Source of the DNA: Candidatus Binatia bacterium
GTDB lineage: Bacteria; Desulfobacterota; Binatia; UBA9968; CAXXLF01
DNA: 64,000 bases
Assembly: GCA_963664015.2 (NCBI GenBank)
Contig: CAXXLF010000002.1
Location: forward strand, 768,001 to 832,000
Reading direction: 5' to 3'
This document shows, in pieces, positions 21,220 through 32,529 of this stretch; position 1 is the stretch's first letter, and every line of letters starts with the position of its first letter. The translations under genes and the position numbers were made by a program. A model generated the notes under the pieces. That model saw only the letters and a list, made by a program, of their open reading frames with translations. It did not search any database and was not told where the DNA came from.

Positions 21220-22086
21220 TTAGGGCTTTTTGAGGGTTCCCTCGTAATATCTCCACAGCATCTCGGAGAACCGGTAACCTTCCTTGTTCTGCAATTTTGC
21301 CATATTGCTTACAGCGTTAACCGTCGAGAGGATCGGCGTGGGGATCTCTTTGGCCCCTGCGAGCTCGACTCCGTGATAGAGGTCCTTGGCCACCCAACTG
21401 GGACTCGTTTCGAGCCGCCCATCGAGTATTTCCTTAAGCTGATTCACTCGGCGTGGGCCACGGCTGCTGATGATTTCGAGAAAGCCATCTTTTGTAATCC
21501 CATTACTCATACACCAGGCGAGGACCTCATAGGTTACGGCCGTCTCAGTGGCGTTGAGCATGGCGCCGGCAATCTTGAGCAGCTTGGCCGCTCCTAAATC
21601 ACCCACATAAGTGGCTTTATTTCCTATGGTAGTAAAAATAGGCTCGCACTCTTGAACCGTCTCCCGTTTTCCCGCGGTTAGAAATCCCAGTTCCTTCGAC
21701 TCAATGGTATAGGGTCGTCCTCTGAGCGCAGCCTCCACGTATCTGCCGCCACCACCTTCAACCTTCTGGGCAAGGCGAATGCTCGTCTCATGGTCGATGC
21801 TGCTGCATTCGATGAGGATGGCTCCCTTTTTCAATCCGGCAATAACCCCACCCTCACCCAGAACCGCCTCCTCCACCACCTTGGGGTAGGTAAGAACCGT
21901 CATCACCACATCCGATTGAGACGCCAGATCCTTGGCGCTTACGGACTTCCTAGCGCCGGCCTGAGAGAGGATATCCATCTGTTTCTGATCAATGTCAAAG
22001 ACCTGTACCGGGTATCCTCCTTTCAAGAGGTTCCTGGCCATGGGCGCACCCATTTCTCCGATACCAACCAGTCCGACAGTCACCAT
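21220..22086 (-). CDS. Beta-hydroxyacid dehydrogenase family (HIBADH/6PGDH-like)
   Basis: GIGEMGAPMARNL, IECSSID. Confidence 0.85.
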   Translation of the reverse strand: MVTVGLVGIGEMGAPMARNLLKGGYPVQVFDIDQKQMDILSQAGARKSVSAKDLASQSDVVMTVLTYPKVVEEAVLGEGGVIAGLKKGAILIECSSIDHETSIRLAQKVEGGGGRYVEAALRGRPYTIESKELGFLTAGKRETVQECEPIFTTIGNKATYVGDLGAAKLLKIAGAMLNATETAVTYEVLAWCMSNGITKDGFLEIISSRGPRRVNQLKEILDGRLETSPSWVAKDLYHGVELAGAKEIPTPILSTVNAVSNMAKLQNKEGYRFSEMLWRYYEGTLKKP

Positions 22087-22180
22087 GGGATCATCCCCCT
22101 TCTTCTATGACTTCTATTCGGGCGTCAACAGACACGAAAAGTCCCTGAGGGGTCACAAGACGGAATTATTTTAGCTTTGT

Positions 22181-23050
22181 CTATCCTTTTTTTCGCGCTC
22201 GCTCGTAGAACTTCCACATCATACCGCCAAAGCTGTAGCCCTCCCGGTTTTGCGCCTTGGCGAGATTGATCAGCGAATTCACCGTGGCTAAAAGCGGAGT
22301 CGGGATGTCTTTGTCTTCTCCGTACTTCAACCCGTGGTAGACGTCTTTGGCCGTCCAACTGGGATGGGTATCAAGTCCCGTCCCTTTCATTAGACGCTCC
22401 AGATTCGCGGCCCGATCCGGTCGACGTTCCCTAAGCAATTCCAGAAAGCCTTCCTGGGATATCTTGTTGCCCAGACACCAGGTTAGGGCTTCATACGTGA
22501 TGATCGTCTCCGTAGCATTGAACATGGCATTGGCGATCTTGAGGAGTTTGGCCGTACCCAATTCACCCGCGTAGAGGTTTTTCTTCCCGATAGCCAGAAA
22601 AATCGGCTCACATTCCTGAACCAACTCCTTCTTCCCTGCGGACAAGAATAGGAGGTTGTGCGCCTCAATCTCAAAGGGCCGTCCCATGAGCGCTGCCTCC
22701 ACATACCGGCAGCCCGTGGCCTCGACCTTGCCACCGATACGGATGCTCGTCTCATGATCGATGCTACTGCATTCGATGAGCATGGCTCCCTTTTTTAACC
22801 CGGCAAGGACCCCACCCTCACCCAAAACCGCCTCCTCTACCACATTGGGCCAGGTCAATACCGTGAGGACCACGTCCGATTGAGACGCCAGATCCTTAGC
22901 GCTTGCGGACTTCTTAGCACCGGCCTGGGCCAGGTTGTCCATTTGTTTTTCATCGATATCGTAGACACTGACCGGATACCCGGCCGCCAACAAATTCTTC
23001 GCCATGGGTGTCCCCATGTGTCCGACTCCAATAATACCTATGTTAATCAT
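22181..23050 (-). CDS. Beta-hydroxyacid dehydrogenase family, tandem paralogue
   Basis: GVGHMGTPMAKNL; N-half nearly identical to 21220..22086. Confidence 0.85.
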   Translation of the reverse strand: MINIGIIGVGHMGTPMAKNLLAAGYPVSVYDIDEKQMDNLAQAGAKKSASAKDLASQSDVVLTVLTWPNVVEEAVLGEGGVLAGLKKGAMLIECSSIDHETSIRIGGKVEATGCRYVEAALMGRPFEIEAHNLLFLSAGKKELVQECEPIFLAIGKKNLYAGELGTAKLLKIANAMFNATETIITYEALTWCLGNKISQEGFLELLRERRPDRAANLERLMKGTGLDTHPSWTAKDVYHGLKYGEDKDIPTPLLATVNSLINLAKAQNREGYSFGGMMWKFYERARKKG

Positions 23051-23438
23051 CTCATTCTCCTTCCTCGCGTTCAGACGCCTTAACCCAAGTCGTTCCCTAT
23101 AACCGGCCAGTAGTCTATTCCCAGCCTTGCAAATTTGTCAATTCATCGCAGCCGGTTATAAAGAGGCCCAACTATTGGCCCTCGTCTCAGACTTGTCAAT
23201 GGCTTGACGTCATACCGTCAAGCAGAGACGAGCCTGGATCGTGGAAATCGTCGCCCACTGTCACAAGATCCAAGCCGTGGGATTTAAAAACCATTGGGCT
23301 GGACGAGATGATTTTTCTCATCCAAGGGTCAATTGGACCCCCATCCTGATAAGTTGACACTCTTGCCCCCCTCGGCTATGGAATACCCTTGCTGGCAGAA
23401 CCACGGCCGTCTATTTCCATTCGAGGAGCATCCTGTTT

Positions 23439-25049
23439 ATGGCATATCCTGACATTCATCAGCACCTTAAGAATCTCGAGGCCGCAGGTTTACTGCGCCG
23501 TATCACCCGTCCCATCAATAAAGACACGGAGCTCCACCCCCTGGTTCGCTGGCAGTATCGTGGCGGCATCCCGGAAGAGGAACGCAAGGCTTGGTTGTTC
23601 GAGAACGTCATCGACGCCAAAGGCCGTCGTTACAATTTCCCCGTGACCGTGGGTGCCCTGGCGGGGAACAAGGACATCTACTTTATGGGTATGGGATGCA
23701 AGACGGTGGAGGAAATGGACGAGAAATGGAAGACGGCCCTTTCCCAACCCGTTGCCCCAACCGTCGTCATGGAAGCGCCCTGTCAGGAGGAAGTCCACCT
23801 GGGTGAAGAGCTGAAGCAACCCGGCCTGGGGTTGGACGAATTTCCCGTCCCCGTTTCAACGCCTGGATTCGACAACGGTCCCTACACAACCTGCTCCCAC
23901 TGGATCACCCGGGACCCGGATACGGGGATCCAGAATATCGGTAACTACCGCGGGCAGATTAAATCGCAGACACGAATCGGCGTCTTTCCCTCGGGATTGG
24001 GTCAGGACATCTACGTTCACTGGAAAAAGGCACAGGCCAAGGGAGAGCATTTACCGGCCGCGTTGGTTTTAGGAGCTCCACCGGTCGTTTCCTATGTGGC
24101 GGTGCAAAAGGTGCCCTACGGGGTCGACGAGATCGCTGTGGCCGGGGGACTGGTCAACGAACCGATTCGAATGGTCAAATGCAAGACCGTGGATCTCCTG
24201 GTCCCCGCGGAGGCGGAGATCGTCATCGAGGGCTACGTGAATACGGAGTGGATCGAACCCGAGGGCCCCTTCGGCGAGTCCCACGGCTACATGCACCCGC
24301 GCCAATTGAACCCGTTTATGGAGCTGACGGCTGTCACCCATCGGAAAAACGCCGTCTACGTTTCATGGATAAGCCAGGTGACACCCAGCGAGTCCTCCTG
24401 CATGCGGAAGATCGGTTACGACCGTCTCATGCTCGTTCACCTGCGTGACCAGTGCCGTATCCCCAGCGTGCTCCGGGTAGAAATGCACGAACCCCTCACC
24501 AACACGTATAAACTCGTGATCGTCCAGATGCGCAAGCCCAATGAAGCAGAGGTCTGGCGCGCGCTACACGCTGCATGCTCCTTTCACCCGGGCGTCGGCA
24601 AGATCGTCGTTGCAGTGGACGAGGATATCGATCCCTCCAATGAAGCGGCCGTGTTCTGGGCCATGTGCTACCGAATGAAACCGGACCGGGACGTCCATAT
24701 TGTCAGCGGGATGGAAAAGGGTCACGCCCCTCCGTTTCTTTACAAAGACGAACAGCGCGGAACCGACGTGGTTTCCTACCACCTGCCGGCGGATGAGTCG
24801 GCTATGCTATGCAATGCGATTCTGAAAGAACCCTTCCCGCCCATTTCTCTGCCGAAAAAGGAATACATGGAGCATGCCCGTATGCTTTGGGAAGAGATGG
24901 GCCTGCCCAAATTGCGGCCCGAGTCACCGTGGTACGGCTATTCACTCGGTCAATGGGACGAGGAACTGGATGAAGAGGCCCGACTTGCGGTCCTAGGGCG
25001 CTACTATGAGACTGGCGAGAAGCTGGCCAAAGGGCGCGTGAAGGCCTGA
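23439..25049 (+). CDS. UbiD-family prFMN-dependent (de)carboxylase
   Basis: NIGNYR, VPAEAEIVIEG, EGPFGE, VDEDIDP. Confidence 0.92.
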   Translation: MAYPDIHQHLKNLEAAGLLRRITRPINKDTELHPLVRWQYRGGIPEEERKAWLFENVIDAKGRRYNFPVTVGALAGNKDIYFMGMGCKTVEEMDEKWKTALSQPVAPTVVMEAPCQEEVHLGEELKQPGLGLDEFPVPVSTPGFDNGPYTTCSHWITRDPDTGIQNIGNYRGQIKSQTRIGVFPSGLGQDIYVHWKKAQAKGEHLPAALVLGAPPVVSYVAVQKVPYGVDEIAVAGGLVNEPIRMVKCKTVDLLVPAEAEIVIEGYVNTEWIEPEGPFGESHGYMHPRQLNPFMELTAVTHRKNAVYVSWISQVTPSESSCMRKIGYDRLMLVHLRDQCRIPSVLRVEMHEPLTNTYKLVIVQMRKPNEAEVWRALHAACSFHPGVGKIVVAVDEDIDPSNEAAVFWAMCYRMKPDRDVHIVSGMEKGHAPPFLYKDEQRGTDVVSYHLPADESAMLCNAILKEPFPPISLPKKEYMEHARMLWEEMGLPKLRPESPWYGYSLGQWDEELDEEARLAVLGRYYETGEKLAKGRVKA

Positions 25050-25069
25050 AAGGCGCCTTGCGCCTTATC

Positions 25070-26218
25070 TCAGACAGACGTCGTAGCCGCCACACCCGTG
25101 TTGCCGACGGCGTGCAACCTGGGAATCAGCTCGCTCCCTATCAAACGGACATTGCGAAGGGCGACGTCCTGGGGCATGGCACCCATGCGCACGATGCCCA
25201 GCAAGGTTCCGAAGCCTCCGACTTCTTCATACTGCTCCATCAACTGATTGAAGACCTGATCCGGCGTACCAACCAAAACTAATCCGTCCTCACGCAGCTT
25301 TTCAAAGGGTGCAGTGTGAAACGGATAGGGCGGCTTGACACTTTTGGCATCGAGTTCCGGGTTCATTTCTACTATCCTGGTGATTGCCGCCTCATTGATC
25401 TCTCCCAACAGGTTGTGAAAATAATACTCAAGGTTGGGTTTACACAGCTTTTCAGCCTCCTTCTCAGTCTCCGCGACATAGATATGGCGTCCGTAGACAA
25501 TATCGTCATCGGTCACAATCCGGCCGCACTTTGCGGCGCTGTCGCGAAAAAGCTTTAGCTGGTCCTTGACCCGAACCGTCGGGAGGAAATTAACGCAAAG
25601 GGATACACCGGCGCGACGTGCCACGGTTCGTATCGGCTCGGCAGTCGTCGCCCCCACCCACACGGGAGGATGAGGCCTCTGATAAGGACGGGGCCACATA
25701 TCGACGTCCTTGTAGCTGAAGAATCGACCCTGGTGGCTAAAAATTTCACTGGTCCAGGCGTTCAAAATCACATCCAAGGCCTCTTCAAAACGGGCCCGGG
25801 ACTCTTTCAGGGGAACCGGTAGGATCAGATACTCACGCGGGATGCCACGCACAAATCCCGCAATGATGCGCCCTCTGGTCATAATGTCCAGCATGGCTAG
25901 CTCTTCGGCCACCCGAAGTGGATGCCCGTGGATAGGCAAAAGATTACCCGCCATGGCAAGCTTGAGGCGCTGAGTATGAGCAGCGATGTAGGCTAGTAAG
26001 ACGTTGGGCGAGTTATCCAGGCTATAGGGGCTGCCATGGTGCTCATTGAGAGTGATCCCGTCGAAACCAAGCTCTTCGCACAGTTGGAATTGTTCTACGT
26101 GGTCCTGATAGGTCCGGTAGGCTATTTCACGATCGAACTGAGCCCTGCCAACGGGGTAACCCAGGTGCCCTGTCAGATCTTTCCCGTAAGGAACGAAATC
26201 AAATGAAAAAACTTTCAT
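25070..26218 (-). CDS. Luciferase-like (LLM) flavin-dependent monooxygenase
   Basis: NEHH, HPLRVAEELAMLD, PRPYQRPHPPVW, VGTPDQV. Confidence 0.92.
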   Translation of the reverse strand: MKVFSFDFVPYGKDLTGHLGYPVGRAQFDREIAYRTYQDHVEQFQLCEELGFDGITLNEHHGSPYSLDNSPNVLLAYIAAHTQRLKLAMAGNLLPIHGHPLRVAEELAMLDIMTRGRIIAGFVRGIPREYLILPVPLKESRARFEEALDVILNAWTSEIFSHQGRFFSYKDVDMWPRPYQRPHPPVWVGATTAEPIRTVARRAGVSLCVNFLPTVRVKDQLKLFRDSAAKCGRIVTDDDIVYGRHIYVAETEKEAEKLCKPNLEYYFHNLLGEINEAAITRIVEMNPELDAKSVKPPYPFHTAPFEKLREDGLVLVGTPDQVFNQLMEQYEEVGGFGTLLGIVRMGAMPQDVALRNVRLIGSELIPRLHAVGNTGVAATTSV

Positions 26219-26580
26219 CCTGGCTTATCCTTTTCAAAAATACGACGGGCGATTTGACACCCTAGCGCAATTCCTTCAGGATGCCAACTTGCCCAACTTA
26301 AAATGATGAGCAGGGCGAGACCTTCATCGGGGCTCCTGGAACCGTTGGATAAGCTCCCCTAATGGTCCCTGCTCACGGGGTGGAGTTCGGACCACACGCC
26401 GCAGTTTCCCCATTCATGAGAAGAAAGGGATGCCCACAATCCCAAAGGCGCAAAAGATTCCCCGAAGCCCCGGCAAAAAGCCCGTTCAATGCAGGCCAGT
26501 GGTTGCGCTTGATGTAGGCATGTTCCTAGCGTTGAGGTTGCGTGGCAACCATGTAGCTTGCAGGCTATGGAGGAAGGACC

Positions 26581-26925
26581 ATGGACACAATCAAGCTCGG
26601 GATCTATCAAGACATGCTGCTCCGACGGAGGCGCGGAACGCTTAGCTGCCTAAAGCGTCTGGAAGAAGAAATCGCCACGTTGATGCAGGAAAGACAGCTT
26701 GCCTGGATCGATCAGGCCGTGGACGAAACTGAGATCCACCTCGTGGACCGTCTCAACGAGGAACATACTCGGGAGTTGGGCCGCGTCCAAGCGGCGCTGG
26801 ACAGGATCCATACCGGAATATACGGCGTATACCGAGCCTGCCACCAATCCATAGATAAAAGGCGCCTGGCGGACTTTTGTTCAGCCTGCCAGGACACCAG
26901 AGAGGCCTTGGAACGGGTTCACTAG
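26581..26925 (+). pseudogene. TraR/DksA C4-zinc-finger protein, probably degenerate
   Basis: Coiled coil then ALDRIHTGIYGVYRAC...RRLADFCSACQ; first Cys is replaced and the usual spacer is missing. Confidence 0.65.
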
Positions 26926-27338
26926 GACCTGCGGCGGATAACCACAGGACCTGTATTTCCCGTTCCACCTTACGGCTTACCGCACAACGGACGCCCCTAC
27001 CCCCTGGAGAGCAAGACAACCTCGTTCGACGTCCTCCCTAAACCTCCCCGTATAGACACCCAGCCAGAAGATTGATAGTTTCCCTCTTGCCAATAATTAT
27101 ATTTCTTTTTTGAGTCTGGGGTCCGACTAATGGCGACGGGAATCGTTTGTTGGGGGGCCAAAGATGAGCGAGTATCCACACCAGCCGCAATTTCAGCTCC
27201 CTGCAAGGCGTGCTGGTTTTTTTGCCCAGTGGGGGAAGCAACCTGTAACTCGGTGGGTATCAGAATGTAGTAAGAAAGGAGGACCAGCGAACAAGCGTTA
27301 ACCCTTTGCTTCATATGGCCGAAAAGGAGGTAATCACT

Positions 27339-28050
27339 ATGGCTATCATTACAATTTTCGGAGGTGAATTCACTGGCGGCGAAGCGCTAGCCGAGGACGT
27401 CAGCAAAACTCTAGGGTACCGGTCCGTGGGCCACGAACAGCTTGGCAAGACCATCCTGTCTTACGGCAAACCCGAGGCTAAACTCAATGATGTCTTGGGA
27501 AGCGATCCCCATTGGTGCGACCGATGGATACAGAACCTACTCCCCTATCGGATTGCCATACAGGCGGCCATGTGCGAGGTCGCCTAAGAGGGGAACGTGG
27601 TCTACTACGGGCACCTGGGCCACGAATTCTTACCGGGCATCAATCATGTGTTAATGACGCTTCTTACGGCTCCCATGGGACTCCGTATCGAAAATTGCCG
27701 AAAGCAGCGCGGCATTGATGAAACCGCCGCACGCCGTTATATCGATCACGTGGACAAGGCCCGGACACGCCGTCCCATGGCGTTGTATGGCGCCGACTGG
27801 AGAAATCCCACACGATACGCTCTGGTCCTTAACCTGGGACAAATGAGCCTGGATGCTGCGAAGCAGGCCATCGTCGAAATGGCCCGACTCAAGGAGTATC
27901 AGCCAACGCCTGCTTCTCGAGAGGCCCTGCAAAATCTAACCCTCACGTCACGGACTCAGACCACGTTAGCGATGTCTTCAAACTCGCAAAAGCTTCCTGT
28001 CGACGTGCGGGCCAAACAAGGGGTCGTCACGGTGACGGGGAACACAAAGG
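27339..28050 (+). pseudogene. Cytidylate kinase-like family protein with partial BON-like C-terminus
   Basis: MAIITIFGG...; in-frame TAA at 27585-27587; same frame resumes VVYYGHLGH...DWRNPTRY; homology ends near 28050. Confidence 0.8.
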
Positions 28051-28051
28051 T

Positions 28052-29008
28052 TCTATCCGTCTTAAAGCATATCCCTGTCAGGAACGGGCAGGAGTTATCT
28101 TTGCCTATTTAGGACCTGGGGAGCCACCCCTGCTGCCCAATTATGAGTTCCTGATCGTTCCCGAGGCGCAACGGACCGTTTCAAAGATCTTTTACGACTG
28201 CAACTATCTGCAAGGGAATGAAGGCAACATCGACCCGGTTCACCTGTCTTTTTTGCACCGCAACCTTCAGGAGACAGAGCGGGATAGAAGCAGGCGAGTT
28301 TCAGGAGGGACTCAATCTACCAACACCCTATTGGGAGTCGACACCGCTCTAACCATCGAACTCGAATTAACAAATTTTGGAATTCGAATTTACTCGGTCC
28401 GAAAGGCGGGACCCGATCAGCACTATCTTCGAGTAACCAATTTTATCCTTCCTAACCTCGCTGCGTTCGGAGGACCCACAGGGAACCAGGGATACTAGGT
28501 GAACTGGCATGTTTCAATCAATGATACGCAGCACTGGAGATACGCCTTGGTCTTTAGAAGAAACGGCCCCTTGGAACTACCCGCAAGAGGAGGACCAGAG
28601 AATACACCGGATTATAAGTCGATCCGCGACAAAACCAACCGGTACCTGCAGGACCGGGACACTACGAAAGCCATCAGTTTTACCGGTTTGGGCTACAATT
28701 TTTCAGATCAGGACAGATGTGTTATAGAGGGGGCTGGTTTCATACAAGATCGCACCAAGGAGATGATCCTTTCTTCGGATAAAGTTATTGTAACGGCGCG
28801 TAAGCTCTTACTAAATGCCATTAAAGACATTCAAGCGGGGCGGGAGGCACCCCACGTCATCCGGGACCCCGAATTGAATCGCTTCCCACAAATAGCGGTC
28901 ATCAATGAAGTGATTTCCACCAGTGCCGATTGGAGAGAGCATACCCAAAAGGCCGAATCCAGGGTCAGAGTGTATGGGGGCACAGATCAACTGCAGGAAG
29001 GAACTTGA
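28052..29008 (+). pseudogene. Rieske oxygenase alpha subunit (phthalate/vanillate type), Rieske domain deleted
   Basis: Begins IRLKAYPCQERAGVIFAYLGP, then CNYLQGNEGNIDPVHLSFLH; in-frame TAG at 28496-28498. Confidence 0.82.
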
Positions 29009-30075
29009 TGAATCAGCGCGTAAAAAAAGAAGTCACCGAGGATCAGGAAGGATTGGACCAATACCTTTGGCAACGCTGGATGTCAGGGTTATGGACCGTA
29101 GACCCGGCAGAGCGCCCCCTTGAGCCCAAGACCAAGGTCAAGCCTCACCTGTGGAAATGGGCTGAGGTCCATGATGGTCTTCTTCAAGCACGAGACCGGA
29201 TTAAAATAGCCAGGGGTAGTGGGGAAAGAAGGGTCATCCGGCTAGTGAACCCTGGACTCCAGGAAACAAGAAGAACAACTCAGACTATGCTCTTCACTGT
29301 GCAGATCCTCAACCCTGGCGAAGTCGCTCCACCCCATCGCCATTCCATTGCCGCTATCCGTTTCATATTAGAGGGCAAAGGGGCCTACACCACAGTTGAG
29401 GGCGAAAAAATAATGATGGAAGAGGGGGACCTCATTTTGACCCCTCAGGGGAGCTGGCACGAGCACGCCAATGAAGGTAGTGAACCGATGATCTGGATCG
29501 ACGGGTTGGATATCCCTCTTATCGAGTCGTTGCAGCAGGTTTATTTGGAGCCCTATGGGGAAGAGCGAATGGCGGTCGATAAGAGCCGTTATTCATCGAC
29601 AAATTTCGGCATAGAGCGGGCCGTGGTCCCCAATGGGAATGACGTTTCCCACCCTTTTCATTATCGTTGGCGGGATATCTATCCTTCCCTGCAACGCCGA
29701 GCCGAATTCGATCCCCACCCTTTTGAAGGAGTGGCCTTAGAGTATACGAATCCCCTCACCGGCGGATCCACCTTGCCGACCCTCGGTTGCTGGATCCAGA
29801 TGCTTCGGCCTCGGGAACGGACTCGGATCCACCGGCATACCAGCACCACGATTTACCATGCCTTTCGGGGCAGCGGCACCACAGTCATCAACGGAGAAGC
29901 GATCCACTGGAAAAAGGGAGACACCTTTGTTGTTCCCCTGTGGAGCTGGCACGAGCACGCCAACAGCTCGGGTAAAAATGAGGCGGTATTATTCTCCATG
30001 CACGATAAACCGGTGCTCGACGCCTTTGGGCTTTACCGCGAGGAGCAACAAGGCCCGTCTCACATGGGGCTCTGA
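29008..30075 (+). CDS. Gentisate 1,2-dioxygenase-like bicupin
   Basis: ERRVIRLVNPG, PPHRHSIAAIRF, WHEH, WIDGLDIP, HRHTS; ATG overlaps the upstream TGA. Confidence 0.85.
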   Translation: MNQRVKKEVTEDQEGLDQYLWQRWMSGLWTVDPAERPLEPKTKVKPHLWKWAEVHDGLLQARDRIKIARGSGERRVIRLVNPGLQETRRTTQTMLFTVQILNPGEVAPPHRHSIAAIRFILEGKGAYTTVEGEKIMMEEGDLILTPQGSWHEHANEGSEPMIWIDGLDIPLIESLQQVYLEPYGEERMAVDKSRYSSTNFGIERAVVPNGNDVSHPFHYRWRDIYPSLQRRAEFDPHPFEGVALEYTNPLTGGSTLPTLGCWIQMLRPRERTRIHRHTSTTIYHAFRGSGTTVINGEAIHWKKGDTFVVPLWSWHEHANSSGKNEAVLFSMHDKPVLDAFGLYREEQQGPSHMGL

Positions 30076-30092
30076 GAAGGAGTGGAAGCGCA

Positions 30093-31013
30093 ATAATCGT
30101 CTGTCTTTCTCCCGGGGGTCAAACGACAACCGTTGCCGAGTCTGCCTCGAACACGCTTTTTGTCGGCACTGCTAACGGAATCTATTCTTTCAGTAAAGTG
30201 GGAGACTCCTGGAAACCCACGGACCGCTTTTTACCGGGCAGCCACATCAGCGCACTCGACTTTGAGCCTTCAGGCGGAACGATATTTGCAGGTGTTTACG
30301 AGGGCGCTCCATCGGAAGACAAAGAACAATGCCCCTTATACGCCTCCACGGATATGGGTAAAGGCTGGGGGAAGCGGGATCAGGGGATTAATTATCCAAA
30401 TCTATTCACTCTCGGATTTCAGAAGTCCGGCGGACAAACTCGGCTTTATGCCGGAACCGAGCCGGGAAATATCTTTTTCAGCGACGATGGGGGCAAGACT
30501 TAGCGTCAACTTGAGGGAATTCATGAAGATGTCCATAGGGTCCTGATCTCACATTCAAATCCAGAGAAACTTTTCCTTTCCGGGTTGGGTGGCATCTGCG
30601 TCAGCCACGACAGCAGGACCACATGGGAAAATCTCACATCCAGCGAATTCAGGATCAGCTACCCCGATGTCCTTCTCATGCACCCCCGACAGGAAGAACT
30701 GATGTTAATGGCGGGGGCAAAGACCGTCCCAGGACGCTGGAGGACAACCCATACGGCGGATCCCCGGATAGCCAGAAGCCGGGACGGTGGAAGGCACTCG
30801 GAAATTTTGCAACAGTGTCTCCCAGAACACATCCGTGGAAATATTGAAGCCATGTCGATGAACGTATGGCACGATGGCTTTGCCCTCTTTGCAGGAACAA
30901 CCGATGGATACGTATTTTACAGCGATGACGAAGGCAACCAGTGGAAGAAGATCGTGGAAGGGCTCCCTCCCCTGTCTAAGGTAAGTCACTTTCGCTATCT
31001 GAAGGCATCGTAA
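30093..31013 (+). pseudogene. Asp-box (BNR/YCF48-like) beta-propeller protein, disrupted
   Basis: STDMGKGW, SDDGGKT*, SHDSRTTW, SRDGGR, SDDEGNQW; internal stop at 30503 and apparent ATG-to-ATA start loss. Confidence 0.75.
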
Positions 31014-31138
31014 GTGGCATTAAACCAAACGGAGTCACCCATGAGGATGGACTTGCTCCGAGGTGGTTTTCCTCGATATAAGAGAATCGCGCCAAAAACT
31101 CTCTGCTCCCTAGAATAGGGTCTTCGAGGTAATCCGTT

Positions 31139-32302
31139 ATGATTATCGATTGCGATACGCATATCATCCCCAGGAATGCCTTTGAATTTATGGATGAAGG
31201 ATCGAAACATCTCCGCCCCCTTCTCCATTTTAACGATCAAGGCCTATACTCACATTCGGATTTCTCCGCTAGGCCTCCTCTGATCCCCGGTACGACACCA
31301 CTTCCCTCCTTTGCAAAGTCTCGCGGCGGCTCCGGTACGGATCTGTTGGGGATGACGGATATCGAGACCCGTCTAAAGGACCTGGGGCGCCTTGGGGTAG
31401 ACCGGCAGGTTATCCTGCCCCAGTTCACGCCCTGGGCCTGGTCCACACTCCTCGAACCGGGTCTCGCGGCTGCATTAGCCCGGTCCTACAACCGCTCGAT
31501 CGTTGCGATTATGAAAGCCCATCCGAAAGAGTTCATCGGTGTAGCTCTGATTCCCATTCAAGACGTGGGAGCGGCAGTGAGGGCGGTCGAATGGGCGCGG
31601 GAGAACGGCTTCAAGGCGGTGGTGGTCGACTATACTTACATTGTTGAGGACCACCCCTATGGCGAAACCCTTGGAGAGCATCCCGAGCTCTGGCCGTTCT
31701 TCAAAAAAGTGGAGAAACTCGACATGGTGCTTTACCTCCACGCGGTTCAACACGGTCACCGGGCCTTCAACTTTCGGAGGTTCCAGCGAATTGGACTGGA
31801 TATCTTTGCCCCACACGATGGCCATATGACCCTGGTCTCCCTGATCACCAGCGGACTGCTGGATGAGGTCCCCCGGCTGCAAGTCGTGTACACGGAAGGG
31901 GGCACCGCCTGGATCAAGCCTCTATTTCAACGGCTGGATGCCAGATTCCAACGCAACCTCCCGGATTACTCTAGGAACGCTGGGACCTCGGCCAAGAAAC
32001 CGAGCGGCCCCCCAAGTCTAGTACCGAAGGAAGAGGCTCGACCCAAAAATAAATTAAGACCCAGCGATTACCTGCGGAGAAACGTCAACTTTACCATCGA
32101 GACGGAGGAGCCTGAACTGGTGGAAGCAATCAATTTCCTTGGGGCTGAGCGATACCTCTATGCAACGGACTACCCCCACGATGATCCCGGGGGACTCATG
32201 AAATGGCAAGACAGAGACCTCTTCGAGTCCAACAAAGAGATCTCACAGCCCGACAAAGACATGATCAAGTATTTGAACGCCCAGAAACTATTCCGCCTAT
32301 GA
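31139..32302 (+). CDS. Amidohydrolase_2 family protein
   Basis: IDCDTH, YLHA, TEGGTAW, YATDYPHDD. Confidence 0.88.
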   Translation: MIIDCDTHIIPRNAFEFMDEGSKHLRPLLHFNDQGLYSHSDFSARPPLIPGTTPLPSFAKSRGGSGTDLLGMTDIETRLKDLGRLGVDRQVILPQFTPWAWSTLLEPGLAAALARSYNRSIVAIMKAHPKEFIGVALIPIQDVGAAVRAVEWARENGFKAVVVDYTYIVEDHPYGETLGEHPELWPFFKKVEKLDMVLYLHAVQHGHRAFNFRRFQRIGLDIFAPHDGHMTLVSLITSGLLDEVPRLQVVYTEGGTAWIKPLFQRLDARFQRNLPDYSRNAGTSAKKPSGPPSLVPKEEARPKNKLRPSDYLRRNVNFTIETEEPELVEAINFLGAERYLYATDYPHDDPGGLMKWQDRDLFESNKEISQPDKDMIKYLNAQKLFRL

Positions 32303-32529
32303 AAAAGCAACAGGACTTCTTATCGAAGACATTGCCATGTTACGGCTGGGCTAGCCCCTGCAACCCCCCCCTCCAAAACATCGGCGGCCCTTTGAGGAGA
32401 CAACGCATTTGGATAAGTTCGACAAGAATAATCTTCGCGACGTGCGAAAGTCTATCGAGAGCTACGGAAAGGGATAGGGTCGGCTGTAGGTGACGGACGT
32501 GGGATCTTAAGGCCCGCAGGATTTAAATT

